NCBI GenBank assembly: GCA_018896525.1
Contig: JAHIMR010000065.1
Coordinates: forward strand, 8,205-72,204
Direction: 5' to 3'
Length of the DNA: 64,000 bases
Origin: Actinomycetota bacterium
Lineage (GTDB): Bacteria; Actinomycetota; Geothermincolia; Fen-727; Anoxymicrobiaceae
The translations under genes were made by a program, and so were the position numbers. Below are positions 31,083-39,849 of this stretch, piece after piece; positions within the stretch are counted from its first letter, which is position 1, and every line of letters starts with the position of its first letter. The notes under the pieces were generated by a model. It had not been told where the DNA came from. It was given only the letters and a program-made list of their open reading frames with translations, and searched no databases.

Positions 31083-32990
31083 CTACTTACCCCTCTGCTT
31101 CTTCCGCTTCGCGGCGGCGGCTCTAAGGATAGCCTCTGCCTCACGCTGGTTCTGATCGAAGAAGCCATCTGGCCAATCGAGGATGGCACCGAACTCGTTT
31201 ACGCCGACTTTGCGGAAGACCGAACCGTCATCATCCCGCTCCACGAAGTAGAGACGGACCGCCTCAAGCCAGGGATTGGTCGTTGCAGCCGCGGCAGTTC
31301 GGAAGCGAATGCGATTCACAAGGTATTCGCTGTGTGTTTCGAGAACACATTGCTTCCCAAGCTGTGTCATGGAGAGAAAGAAATCTGCAAGGAGTGTCTG
31401 CACTCTGGGGTGCAGGTGTATTTCAGGCTGCTCGAAGATCAGCGTCGTATCAGGGTCAGCAAGCAAGCTGGAGACAAGGATAGGAAGAACCTGACTCACT
31501 CCAACCCCAACGTGAGTCAGGTCGTGGTACCGCGTCCCGCCCGTAATGCTGACGACGAGTTCGTGGCCAAACTTGCCTTTGTCCTGGCTTTGGATACTTT
31601 CGGCGACGCCAAGGTACTGGAGCCAATCAACGACTGCCGCTTCAAGCGTCCTCGTTGTTGGTGTTGGCACCACCTCATCACCGATAAATGCGGAAGTCGG
31701 GATATAACGGATGGGGCGATTCTTGTGCAGTTCAAGAACAGCTGCGGTGTGCTCTCCCTTTAGGCCGACATCCGAAGGATCGACTGTCGGGGAAAGCGGA
31801 TAGAGGGGCTTGGGCTCATCCCGAAGCGGGCCAAGGTAACGTACCGAGTTGGTAAAGAATTGATCGGTATACCAGCATGCTTCGGTTATACTGTTTGGAG
31901 ATGGGTAGAGAATGACATCGAGGTCCTCTCCCTGTTCTTTACACATAGCGTCATTAACCAAGCTCTCGAGGTTCGGATATTCCGCAATCTGGCGATGGAA
32001 CTCCATCCTGGCACGAGACGATATTCGCCCGAACGCATCGAGGAATGTTTCCATGAAAACGGCAGACTCGTCGAATAGAGGCCGCTGGCTGAAGGCATTC
32101 TCAAGCGATTCTCGAAGGTCAGACCCTTCCATTTTTCTGGCTATATCCAAAATGCAATCAATAACAGGTTTTGGCACGATGCCTTCGCGGCCAACAAAGA
32201 GACGACGCGGCATTCTGCGCGGGCTATCTCCGATTAGGGTGCTGACGATGAACCGAGTGGTTTCCGGCACTAGATCGACGCCGAGTGCAATCCGCTCGGG
32301 AAGGAAATGCCGTAGGATACAGCCGATAGGCTTGGCCGATACCATATCTTCGTGAATCTCCGCCATCGATGCATCATCGAGATCAACCTCATACTGCATA
32401 CTGGCGCGTAGGATGTCGTCGCCGGCTTCGGTGGCTTCAGTCCATCTATGCTTTGATGTCGTATCAGTTGTCGTTGCGCGACGAATCGAAATGGAGTATG
32501 GGCGGTCACTGCCCTCGGCGTCGCGAGTTATAGAAGATACAACCGACGAGAACAAACGAGGTTGGAGCTGAGTAATTTCTCTCTGTGTGCCCGAATCATC
32601 AGTGTCAAAGCTGATTTCACACGACACGGATGATATGGCATACCTTTGCCTGCCGTAGAATGTGGGAGCACGGCGGGATGCCGCAACTCGCATGCCTGCC
32701 ACCTTGGGATCATAGACAGGCTTGCATGTCCAGCCTATGACAATCTGGCTCGCATCGCTTTCAGCACTCTTGAGATCGTCAAACTGCCCCAGTTTGGCGA
32801 GTGCCCCGTTGAGAACCACAGAGCGCGAACTGACCTTGTTTGCCAAAGTCTGAGCGACGAGCAAGATGGATTGCAGCAACGTGCTCTTACCGCTGCTGTT
32901 CGCACCTGCGAATATTGTCAGCGGTGCGAATTCCAACTCGGTCTCATTGCGGACCGATTTGAAGTTGAACACCTTCCACTTGGTGATCAT
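31083..32990 (-). CDS. ABC-type ATPase of the AAA_15/AAA_21 (OLD / PARIS-AriA / Septu-PtuA-like) family with DUF3696-like C-terminus
   Basis: 635 aa. Walker A FAGANSSGKSTLLQ, C-terminal LIFEQPEIHLHPRVQ (Walker B plus H-loop signature of this family) and WPDGFFDQ tail. Confidence 0.7.
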   Translation of the reverse strand: MITKWKVFNFKSVRNETELEFAPLTIFAGANSSGKSTLLQSILLVAQTLANKVSSRSVVLNGALAKLGQFDDLKSAESDASQIVIGWTCKPVYDPKVAGMRVAASRRAPTFYGRQRYAISSVSCEISFDTDDSGTQREITQLQPRLFSSVVSSITRDAEGSDRPYSISIRRATTTDTTSKHRWTEATEAGDDILRASMQYEVDLDDASMAEIHEDMVSAKPIGCILRHFLPERIALGVDLVPETTRFIVSTLIGDSPRRMPRRLFVGREGIVPKPVIDCILDIARKMEGSDLRESLENAFSQRPLFDESAVFMETFLDAFGRISSRARMEFHRQIAEYPNLESLVNDAMCKEQGEDLDVILYPSPNSITEACWYTDQFFTNSVRYLGPLRDEPKPLYPLSPTVDPSDVGLKGEHTAAVLELHKNRPIRYIPTSAFIGDEVVPTPTTRTLEAAVVDWLQYLGVAESIQSQDKGKFGHELVVSITGGTRYHDLTHVGVGVSQVLPILVSSLLADPDTTLIFEQPEIHLHPRVQTLLADFFLSMTQLGKQCVLETHSEYLVNRIRFRTAAAATTNPWLEAVRLYFVERDDDGSVFRKVGVNEFGAILDWPDGFFDQNQREAEAILRAAAAKRKKQRGK

Positions 32991-35818
32991 ACCTCACCTC
33001 CTGTTCTTGTCAGCGCCTGGTCGTACCACATGAGGAGTTTCGGGTCTTCCTGGAGGACGTTCTCGGGTATCTTGCGGGCCACGGCGATGATCGTGGCGTA
33101 TTCGTGCTCCTGCCAGGCCTTCTTGAATCCGGCGCGAACGGCCTCCACGCGGAACACCTTCAGGCGTTTCTGTTTGGACTGGCGATACTCCTCGAACTCG
33201 CGCATAAGAGCCCGCTCGCGCAGTTTCTCCAAGTCGCCTGCCTTGTTCGGGTCAGGCACGTACCAGCGGTCCTTGGCCTTGGCCTTGAGCGTCGGGTCAT
33301 CTTTTACCAGGTTGCGCAGTTCCTTGAAGTTCGAGGAGAGGTAGCTGTGGATCTGGCTCGGCACCTCGCCCTTACCGTCGCAACGTAGGAAGTTTTGCTC
33401 CAGCAGTTCATCAAGCTCGAGCATCTTTTCGTTCTTTTGCCAGCCACCAATCTCCTGCATGAATTGCGGCTTCAGATCACCTGCCGTTTGCGGTTTCTTC
33501 GTTAGTTGTTGTTTGAGCCACTGGATGGCCGAGGCTTCGTCGGAAACTAGAAGCTGAAGCTGGAGTACCTCTTTGACCGTCATTCGCTTCTTGTCGTACT
33601 CGGCTGCCTGATCTGGCAGGAAATACATACCGTCGCGTGGAGTAAAGCGTTGTTCCAGTCCCGCATAGAATTCAGCAGCAGATAGAGGCACCGTGGTTCC
33701 TCGTTGGACGTGGAAAGCAACCATGCGATCAAAGAGCAGGTGACTCTGCCGCTCCGGTATCATTTCTGCCATTCCGTTTGTGGATACAAATACTGGAAGT
33801 TGCTTGAGATGCGTACGGACAACATCCCAAACACCCTCTTCGGTACCGGCTGTAAGTTTGAAGCGCTCCGCCAACCCGCCATTGGGCTTATAAGCAGAGA
33901 TAACCAAGTCTTTGTTCACAGCGTTTGCGTTGAGCTGCTTCTTCGTCAGCATTCCTTTGTCGAGAACGCGGACATCAGCAATGATAAACCCCGCTTGACC
34001 CAAAGCTTCTTGTATGGCCGTCCAGACGGAATTCTTTGAATTATGAAACTCGATTGTCACCCAGCGACCGGGTTTCAGAAGCCGGTACACCTCCTTGAGA
34101 CAGGAGGTCATCATCAGCGTATAAACCGCCAGGTCCTTGTCCTGCGTCCCGCTCACTACGGCATCTTGCGCTGCGTTTGTGAACACTCGAAGCCATGCTT
34201 CCCACAGAAAATTCAGTTCAGCATAAGGTAGGTTGTCTCCAAATGGCGGATCGATGAAAACATAGTCAACAGAGTTGTCTGGACCGAGTATATATGCCAA
34301 TGACTGAGTAGTAACCATCGTGCCGCTTTCAGAAGATGGAACAGCCTTCCTAAAGCGCTTGAGTTTTCCGGTCAGGACGTATGTTGGACTCGGCTCACTT
34401 ACTATCGAACCTAAATACAACGTGCCGCTGAGAGACCGGTTAACCTGGGAGTATGCGTTCTTTAGGAATCTATTGCGACGAGTGAAGCTCACGACGATGC
34501 CTTGAAGTGTGAACCGCCAGAGACGTTTCGCTTCCTCTGAAGGCAGATCGTCGGCGCTATGCCAAAGGATGGAGAAAGCAACAAGCTGGCGTACAAGATG
34601 AAAATCGTGAACCCGACTGATGCCCTCATGGTAGCCTCGATAGAGATCGCCCCATTCTTCGCCTTCGGGCGTGAACATCATTAACTCGGTGGGGTAACCA
34701 ATCTGCTCCAGCATCTGCTCGATCTTCGCCAGAACTTGAATGTCCTTTTCGTTCGGTAGCTTTTTCTTCTTGGCCCCTCGGTGGCGGTAGCAGATTTCGA
34801 CCGGTTTGAGAATCTGTTTACTACGGGTGGCCCCAACAGCCTTGTCATAGTACTTCGTTGTGCAACGGATAAGATCTCGTTTTGAAACCTTGGCAGAGCA
34901 GTGCAGGCAAGTTGGATTCTCAACGATCTTACCGGATGAAGCATCATATGCCAGTGCCCAAAATTCTAACTCGCCTGAGCAGTGAGGACAACTGAATACC
35001 TCTGACCAAACTGTAAAATCGATCTCGCAGACATCCCCTGACTTGGGGTCCGTGGTCTGGTACATCCATCCGTATTCGCGATTGAACTTCTTGAGCAACT
35101 CTGCAGCGAGTTTGGGGAATGATTCAGGGTTCCTTGTCAGGTTATATCCGGCCGCGATAAGCGTCGCTGCAGGAGAGAGATCATTCAGAATGGCCTTTCG
35201 GCAACCTTTACTTCCTATGTTCTGGCCGTTCTCATCGAAAAGCTGATCATCGGCTCTGGGTGTGTACCCAAGCGCCGCGAGAGTGCTTGGATCATCGCAT
35301 AGTTGTGCGGCTACACCGGTCATCCCCGTCCCACAGAATCCATCAAAAACCACATCCCCTGGCTCGGTATAATACAGGATATACCGCATGATGGCCTTGT
35401 GCGGAACCTTAGTGTGGTAGGAGTGGGCGTTGTAAATTGGGTCGTTCTTTCCTTCGCTGACATCCGCGGCAAATGGTCCCCGCCGGTAATCGTCTGTCTT
35501 CTGGTCATACGGTTTCCCGTACTGCTTGACAAAATCCTCGATGAACGGGTTCGGGCAGGCGGTGTAGTACGGAGGATCGGACAGGGCCAGGATGTCCTCG
35601 TCCTCGCCAATCGGGAATCCCTCAATCTTGCGGAACTCCGGGTCCTTGAGATCCTCGCGTAGCTTCTCCAGGAAATACTCTCGGCGTTTCTCGTCGTTCT
35701 CGAAGGTCAAGCCCAGGCATTCAACGGGCCCCTGCGTCTTGGCAGCGGGTTCCAGGTCGAAAAGACTATGCTCGTGGCGTTCCTTTACCATCAGCCTCTC
35801 CTCAATCCCCGCCAACAA
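32987..35818 (-). CDS. pglXI: BREX type 3-like adenine-specific DNA methyltransferase PglXI (N6_N4_Mtase, PF01555-type)
   Basis: 943 aa. SDPPYY, then VVFDGFCGTGMTGVAA (SAM-binding motif I), then a second FIDPPFGDNLPY motif. Coupled by 4 nt to the downstream ATPase. Confidence 0.7.
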   Translation of the reverse strand: MLAGIEERLMVKERHEHSLFDLEPAAKTQGPVECLGLTFENDEKRREYFLEKLREDLKDPEFRKIEGFPIGEDEDILALSDPPYYTACPNPFIEDFVKQYGKPYDQKTDDYRRGPFAADVSEGKNDPIYNAHSYHTKVPHKAIMRYILYYTEPGDVVFDGFCGTGMTGVAAQLCDDPSTLAALGYTPRADDQLFDENGQNIGSKGCRKAILNDLSPAATLIAAGYNLTRNPESFPKLAAELLKKFNREYGWMYQTTDPKSGDVCEIDFTVWSEVFSCPHCSGELEFWALAYDASSGKIVENPTCLHCSAKVSKRDLIRCTTKYYDKAVGATRSKQILKPVEICYRHRGAKKKKLPNEKDIQVLAKIEQMLEQIGYPTELMMFTPEGEEWGDLYRGYHEGISRVHDFHLVRQLVAFSILWHSADDLPSEEAKRLWRFTLQGIVVSFTRRNRFLKNAYSQVNRSLSGTLYLGSIVSEPSPTYVLTGKLKRFRKAVPSSESGTMVTTQSLAYILGPDNSVDYVFIDPPFGDNLPYAELNFLWEAWLRVFTNAAQDAVVSGTQDKDLAVYTLMMTSCLKEVYRLLKPGRWVTIEFHNSKNSVWTAIQEALGQAGFIIADVRVLDKGMLTKKQLNANAVNKDLVISAYKPNGGLAERFKLTAGTEEGVWDVVRTHLKQLPVFVSTNGMAEMIPERQSHLLFDRMVAFHVQRGTTVPLSAAEFYAGLEQRFTPRDGMYFLPDQAAEYDKKRMTVKEVLQLQLLVSDEASAIQWLKQQLTKKPQTAGDLKPQFMQEIGGWQKNEKMLELDELLEQNFLRCDGKGEVPSQIHSYLSSNFKELRNLVKDDPTLKAKAKDRWYVPDPNKAGDLEKLRERALMREFEEYRQSKQKRLKVFRVEAVRAGFKKAWQEHEYATIIAVARKIPENVLQEDPKLLMWYDQALTRTGGEV

Positions 35819-38096
35819 GACGCAAAGTTCGCTTCACAAACCCATGCAACTCATCTGAGAATATGGGTTCTGAGTCGGCATTCGGATTCTGCTCGTGGTG
35901 ATATTTCTTGGAATATTCGTTTATTGCTTCAAATTCTAGGAGGTCGTCCTTAGCATGTTGAAGCCCACTCGCGCTATCAGCACCACGTATCTTGCTGATA
36001 AAATCCCCAAGCCATTCATTGGGTTGAAAGTACCCGGGGAAGTGCACCCGGAGCATTCCCTCAAGAAAGGGGCGAATCGCACGCGCCACATCGAGCGATG
36101 TTCCGCTACGGTCCCGATAGAAGTTCAACAGGGTGGAGTAGTCCTTCTGATAAGTGCTTAGGGTCTCTTCCTCTATGTCCCACTCGCCAAGTTTAGTATT
36201 GTTACCCGTCCGGAATAATTGCAGCGTTCTCATTTCACTGGATGAATGGCCGTCGGAGACCAACTTCAAGAAATGAGGGTCATGAGATAGAACGATGACC
36301 TGTTGCGCTGAGCAAGATAGACCACGAATAAGCTGCTGAGTGCAGGTGCGCCGAAAACGGTCGAGGCTGGTGAATGGGTCGTCGAGCACGACGATCTTGT
36401 TGCCGAGGTTCGCGTCTTGCTTCAACGCGGCCAGAAAGAACGCCAGGGCAAGCGCGCTACGGTCGCCTGAACTCAACGTTGTTTTGAAACATGGCGTGCC
36501 GGCCGGTGTTCGGCTATCGCCAAGATCGACAGATGTGTTGTTTATCTGGATTTGAAACTGCGAACTTGGTGTTCCCCCGCGATAGCTATGTTGCGTGTTT
36601 ACTATTCGAAAACCCGTGTTGAACTGGTCCAGATACTCGTTGATCGCATGCTCGTAGGTTTGGAGGATACTCTGACGCTGGTCAAGCTGCTGCTTCGCGG
36701 TATCCTTCTGTTGTTCAAGATCGTTCTTATCGATCAGTGCATCCTGATAGTCCTGACACGCCTGAACCATATCCGGCTCGAAGCGCTTCTTCTTTGCCTC
36801 CAGGTCGGCGAGTTCTTGCTTCAGTGAGTTGATATCGCCGCCTTGCTGAACGGCTGTCTTCTGTTCAGTGATGCGGGCATTGCTGGCAGCAACGGCGGCG
36901 TTGTAGGTGTCCACAGCCTGTTGAAGTGATTGCACTTCATTGAGCGCGGTTGTGAAATGATCATTCGGAGTTACCGCTTCCACCGGGTTCTGCTGCTTGC
37001 GCTGCGCCAACGCCAATGCAAGTCCCCGTAGTCTCGCACAATTGGCTTGGACATTCTGAAACGGAAAATCCGGAACGCTGACTTCGGTAAACTGCTTCCA
37101 GAATTCGATGAGCGCCAAGTTGCCGGAGAGCGCTTGTTGCACGGCGTTGAGCGCCGTATCGCCGATGGCGATTGTGATGCGCTGGCTGAGTCGCGCGACT
37201 TCCTCTTTGAGAGTCTTGTACGCCGTGTTGAAATGCGAGCGGTAAGCGGCACTCAAGTCATTAAACTGGATGCCCTGGCCACAAAAGGGACAAAGGTCAT
37301 TCCTCACGTATCCCATGCCTTGTGAGAGCCATGTCTCACCCTGGTTCCCCATTTGGTGGCTGGCGATTTGCTGCCGGACGCACGTTTCGGCATCGGCGGT
37401 GATGTCCGTTAGTTTCTTCCCAAGAATCGTGAGGAAGTCTTCGGGAAATGTGGGTAGTGAGATCTTGGCGAGTAGCGCCTTGGACTGAATCTCGGTTGCT
37501 TTGTCCAACGCGAGTTGACGGTTAGCGATCTCCGTGTTCTTCTGTTGAATCCTACTTTCAATGCCATCAACCGGCTGCCAGGCAAGATATGACTCAAGCG
37601 TTACCCGATTGGGCAGGGTTCTTGATACGGCTTCTTTCTTTGTCCTGATGTCTGCGTTCGCGTCGCGAATCTTGCCGTCCAGTTCTTCAATCTGTTTGGC
37701 GAGTTGAACGCCTTGCGTCCCGACGATAACCCGATAAAGGTTCTTCTTCTGCTCGTGGTCCACATAGTCCCCGGCGTAAACATTGTCGTGGATGAACACG
37801 GAATCGAAGATGGCAATGTCGGGGTGTATGGCGGACCATGCGTTGTTGGAGAAGGTAAGGGTGCTGTTTCCCAGACGCATCTGGACGGAAGCCGCTTCGT
37901 TGGTACCAAGGGTCTTTCGTTCGGAAATGAACTCGGGTTGGCCGGTCTGCAACGAACGGAGAATAGCGCACAGCATGGTCTTGCCCCGCCCGTTTTCCGC
38001 GAAGAGGAGCGTTAGATTCCGAAAGGCCACGTCGCCTTTCGGGCAACAATCACGGAACCGGCCAATGTTCTTGATGCTGATGAACTTCTCAATCAT
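35802..38096 (-). CDS. RloC/PrrC-like ABC ATPase (AAA_13) with coiled-coil insert, CxxC zinc hook and putative C-terminal anticodon-nuclease-like domain
   Basis: 764 aa. Walker A ENGRGKTML, long coiled-coil with CPFCGQ, D-loop VVLDDPFTSLD, and C-terminal R-x3-E...(35 aa)...H spacing resembling the PrrC ACNase triad. Confidence 0.55.
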   Translation of the reverse strand: MIEKFISIKNIGRFRDCCPKGDVAFRNLTLLFAENGRGKTMLCAILRSLQTGQPEFISERKTLGTNEAASVQMRLGNSTLTFSNNAWSAIHPDIAIFDSVFIHDNVYAGDYVDHEQKKNLYRVIVGTQGVQLAKQIEELDGKIRDANADIRTKKEAVSRTLPNRVTLESYLAWQPVDGIESRIQQKNTEIANRQLALDKATEIQSKALLAKISLPTFPEDFLTILGKKLTDITADAETCVRQQIASHQMGNQGETWLSQGMGYVRNDLCPFCGQGIQFNDLSAAYRSHFNTAYKTLKEEVARLSQRITIAIGDTALNAVQQALSGNLALIEFWKQFTEVSVPDFPFQNVQANCARLRGLALALAQRKQQNPVEAVTPNDHFTTALNEVQSLQQAVDTYNAAVAASNARITEQKTAVQQGGDINSLKQELADLEAKKKRFEPDMVQACQDYQDALIDKNDLEQQKDTAKQQLDQRQSILQTYEHAINEYLDQFNTGFRIVNTQHSYRGGTPSSQFQIQINNTSVDLGDSRTPAGTPCFKTTLSSGDRSALALAFFLAALKQDANLGNKIVVLDDPFTSLDRFRRTCTQQLIRGLSCSAQQVIVLSHDPHFLKLVSDGHSSSEMRTLQLFRTGNNTKLGEWDIEEETLSTYQKDYSTLLNFYRDRSGTSLDVARAIRPFLEGMLRVHFPGYFQPNEWLGDFISKIRGADSASGLQHAKDDLLEFEAINEYSKKYHHEQNPNADSEPIFSDELHGFVKRTLRLVGGD

Positions 38097-38184
38097 GTGT
38101 GGATCTTCCCGCCTTGTTCACTGAACAAATTCCGGTACCTTTTTCAGGCTTGTCCATTGCGCGAGTCTCATCTGCCGCCGGCAC

Positions 38185-38250
38185 GACGCTCTTCACTTGG
38201 TCACCCAAGAACTGACCAAATGGTCTCAAGTTGGTCACTAACTTGGTCAC
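38185..38250. promoter_or_regulatory. direct repeats of TTGGTCAC (3 copies, plus the related TGACCAA) upstream of the RloC-like gene: candidate operator/internal promoter
   Basis: TTGGTCACCCAAGAACTGACCAAATGGTCTCAAGTTGGTCACTAACTTGGTCAC in the 150-bp gap between the AlbA_2 regulator stop and the RloC-like start. Confidence 0.35.
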
Positions 38251-39812
38251 TCGCCCTCTCTTTCGTTTGTTGACAGGAATCCCCGCCCCTTTTCCGTGAG
38301 CCGGTATTTTTGCAGGCGGCTGTTCGGTTTCTCCGGAATTGTGTATTCTATGTATCCGGCCTTCATCGCAGGGTGTAGGTAGTTTTGGCGAAATGTCGGC
38401 CGATGCTTGATATCAAGAGCTTCGCGGAGTTCTCCGGAAGACATTTCGCTCTCTTGGAGTAAGATCAAGAGTCGCTCAAATTGGGAGGCCGACTGGGTCG
38501 GTGACTGGGTCGGTGACTGGGTCGGTGACTCTGGCCGAGTAGCCCCGAACATGGCCTTCATGAGGTCCGAGGCCATGTCCACTTCCTTGTCCAACTCAGG
38601 GATAAAGAGCTCGAACGCCTTCCAGGCACGGTCATTCTTGTATGTTGGGGCTGGATGCCCCACCGCCTGCCATTCCTCGCGCATCATTCGCATGCCCGTA
38701 CCGGCCTGTTCGCACATGGCGATACGCCGCATTGCGGCAGTGATGCCGGGATTGCGAACTTCCTTTTCGCCCGGTTCCATAAGCCGAGAGTCGTCGCCGA
38801 ACACATCGCCGGGATTCCAGAACTGAATGCCATCGCGAAAGAATTTGATGACCGCTTTCCGGGAATGATCGCCGTAATCCTGGTGAATCAGCAGGTTCAT
38901 GGCAGCCTCTCGGAATACGCGGAATCCGGGCGGATCGTCACGGCGCCCGAGGGTTACCGGGTCGATATCCCTGAAGGGCTTGGGCATGAAGAACTTGTAT
39001 TTTGCGACCAGTTGTTCCCAAGCATGGATGATGTTCTCTTCACAGACAATCCGGTCGATCCAGCGAGTCCGCGGCATTTCTTCATTCGTCGCATAGCCGA
39101 GAAACTGAACATCCAGCGTCGGCCTGGGAATCAGTTGATGAACCGCGAGTGAAGACCCGAACAGCATGATAGCTCCGTGGGTCGGAATCCGTCGTTTTCC
39201 GTCCTTGATAAGATATCCCCACCGGTAGAGGAAACTCTCGTCGGGTTCTTCCGAATCGGTACCGCTGTTTGCCGAATGGAATCGGTCACGAAACCAGCGA
39301 AGGCTGCTCGGTTCGAACGCTTCTTCGAGCAGTACCCGCTCGAAGGGCTGGCTGTCCCACCGGTCGGCTGTGGCGTCGCGCAGCATACGCTCGATGTCCT
39401 GCATCTGGGCTCGGTAGTCTCCACTACCCTTGCGGAGGAACGTACGCCGAATATCGCCGTCCAGATACACCGGTTTGCGGGTACGGGGATTTTCGGCGAT
39501 GTGGAAGGCCAGTACAATCTTGTCGTCTATGTGGAATCGCTGCTCGTTAACCTGTACATCGTGGTTGACTTTCTGGTCGGCATGAAGCAACGAAAGAAAA
39601 TCGCCTTGCACCTTGTCAGGTTTATCGACGCCAATAACTTTGAACTCTTCACCGTGCTGACCAATACCAAACACCAAGCGACCGCCGTGGGTATTGGCGA
39701 ACGCGGAAATGGTCTCGAACGCTGACCTGGGAACTGCCGTACGAGCTTCCTTGAACTCGACATCGTTCCATTCCCCCGCTTCCAGCAGTTCTTTTAATTC
39801 CGCGATTTTCAT
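38247..39812 (-). CDS. AlbA_2/Schlafen-like DNA-binding domain plus HATPase_c_4 protein (RecG-C-terminal-like putative transcriptional regulator) with C-terminal winged HTH
   Basis: 521 aa. N-terminal ELKELLEAGEWNDVEFKEA...ISAFANTHGGRLVFGI is the PF04326 signature. SPTQSPTQSPTQS linker and C-terminal wHTH. Confidence 0.7.
   Translation of the reverse strand: MKIAELKELLEAGEWNDVEFKEARTAVPRSAFETISAFANTHGGRLVFGIGQHGEEFKVIGVDKPDKVQGDFLSLLHADQKVNHDVQVNEQRFHIDDKIVLAFHIAENPRTRKPVYLDGDIRRTFLRKGSGDYRAQMQDIERMLRDATADRWDSQPFERVLLEEAFEPSSLRWFRDRFHSANSGTDSEEPDESFLYRWGYLIKDGKRRIPTHGAIMLFGSSLAVHQLIPRPTLDVQFLGYATNEEMPRTRWIDRIVCEENIIHAWEQLVAKYKFFMPKPFRDIDPVTLGRRDDPPGFRVFREAAMNLLIHQDYGDHSRKAVIKFFRDGIQFWNPGDVFGDDSRLMEPGEKEVRNPGITAAMRRIAMCEQAGTGMRMMREEWQAVGHPAPTYKNDRAWKAFELFIPELDKEVDMASDLMKAMFGATRPESPTQSPTQSPTQSASQFERLLILLQESEMSSGELREALDIKHRPTFRQNYLHPAMKAGYIEYTIPEKPNSRLQKYRLTEKGRGFLSTNEREGE
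38478..38530. repeat. 12-bp tandem repeat (GGTCGGTGACTG x3.5) encoding the SPTQ linker
   Basis: Direct reading of the sequence. Confidence 0.8.
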
Positions 39813-39849
39813 TGCCGCAATCCGTGTCTATCCGTGGTCATCCGTGGTT

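Noticed and set aside
31083-32990. Possibility that the AAA_21 ATPase is BrxHII or BrxL
   Set aside because: No helicase motifs (DEAD/DEAH, SF2 motif VI) and no Lon protease domain were seen. The Walker/H-loop pattern is ABC/OLD-like instead.
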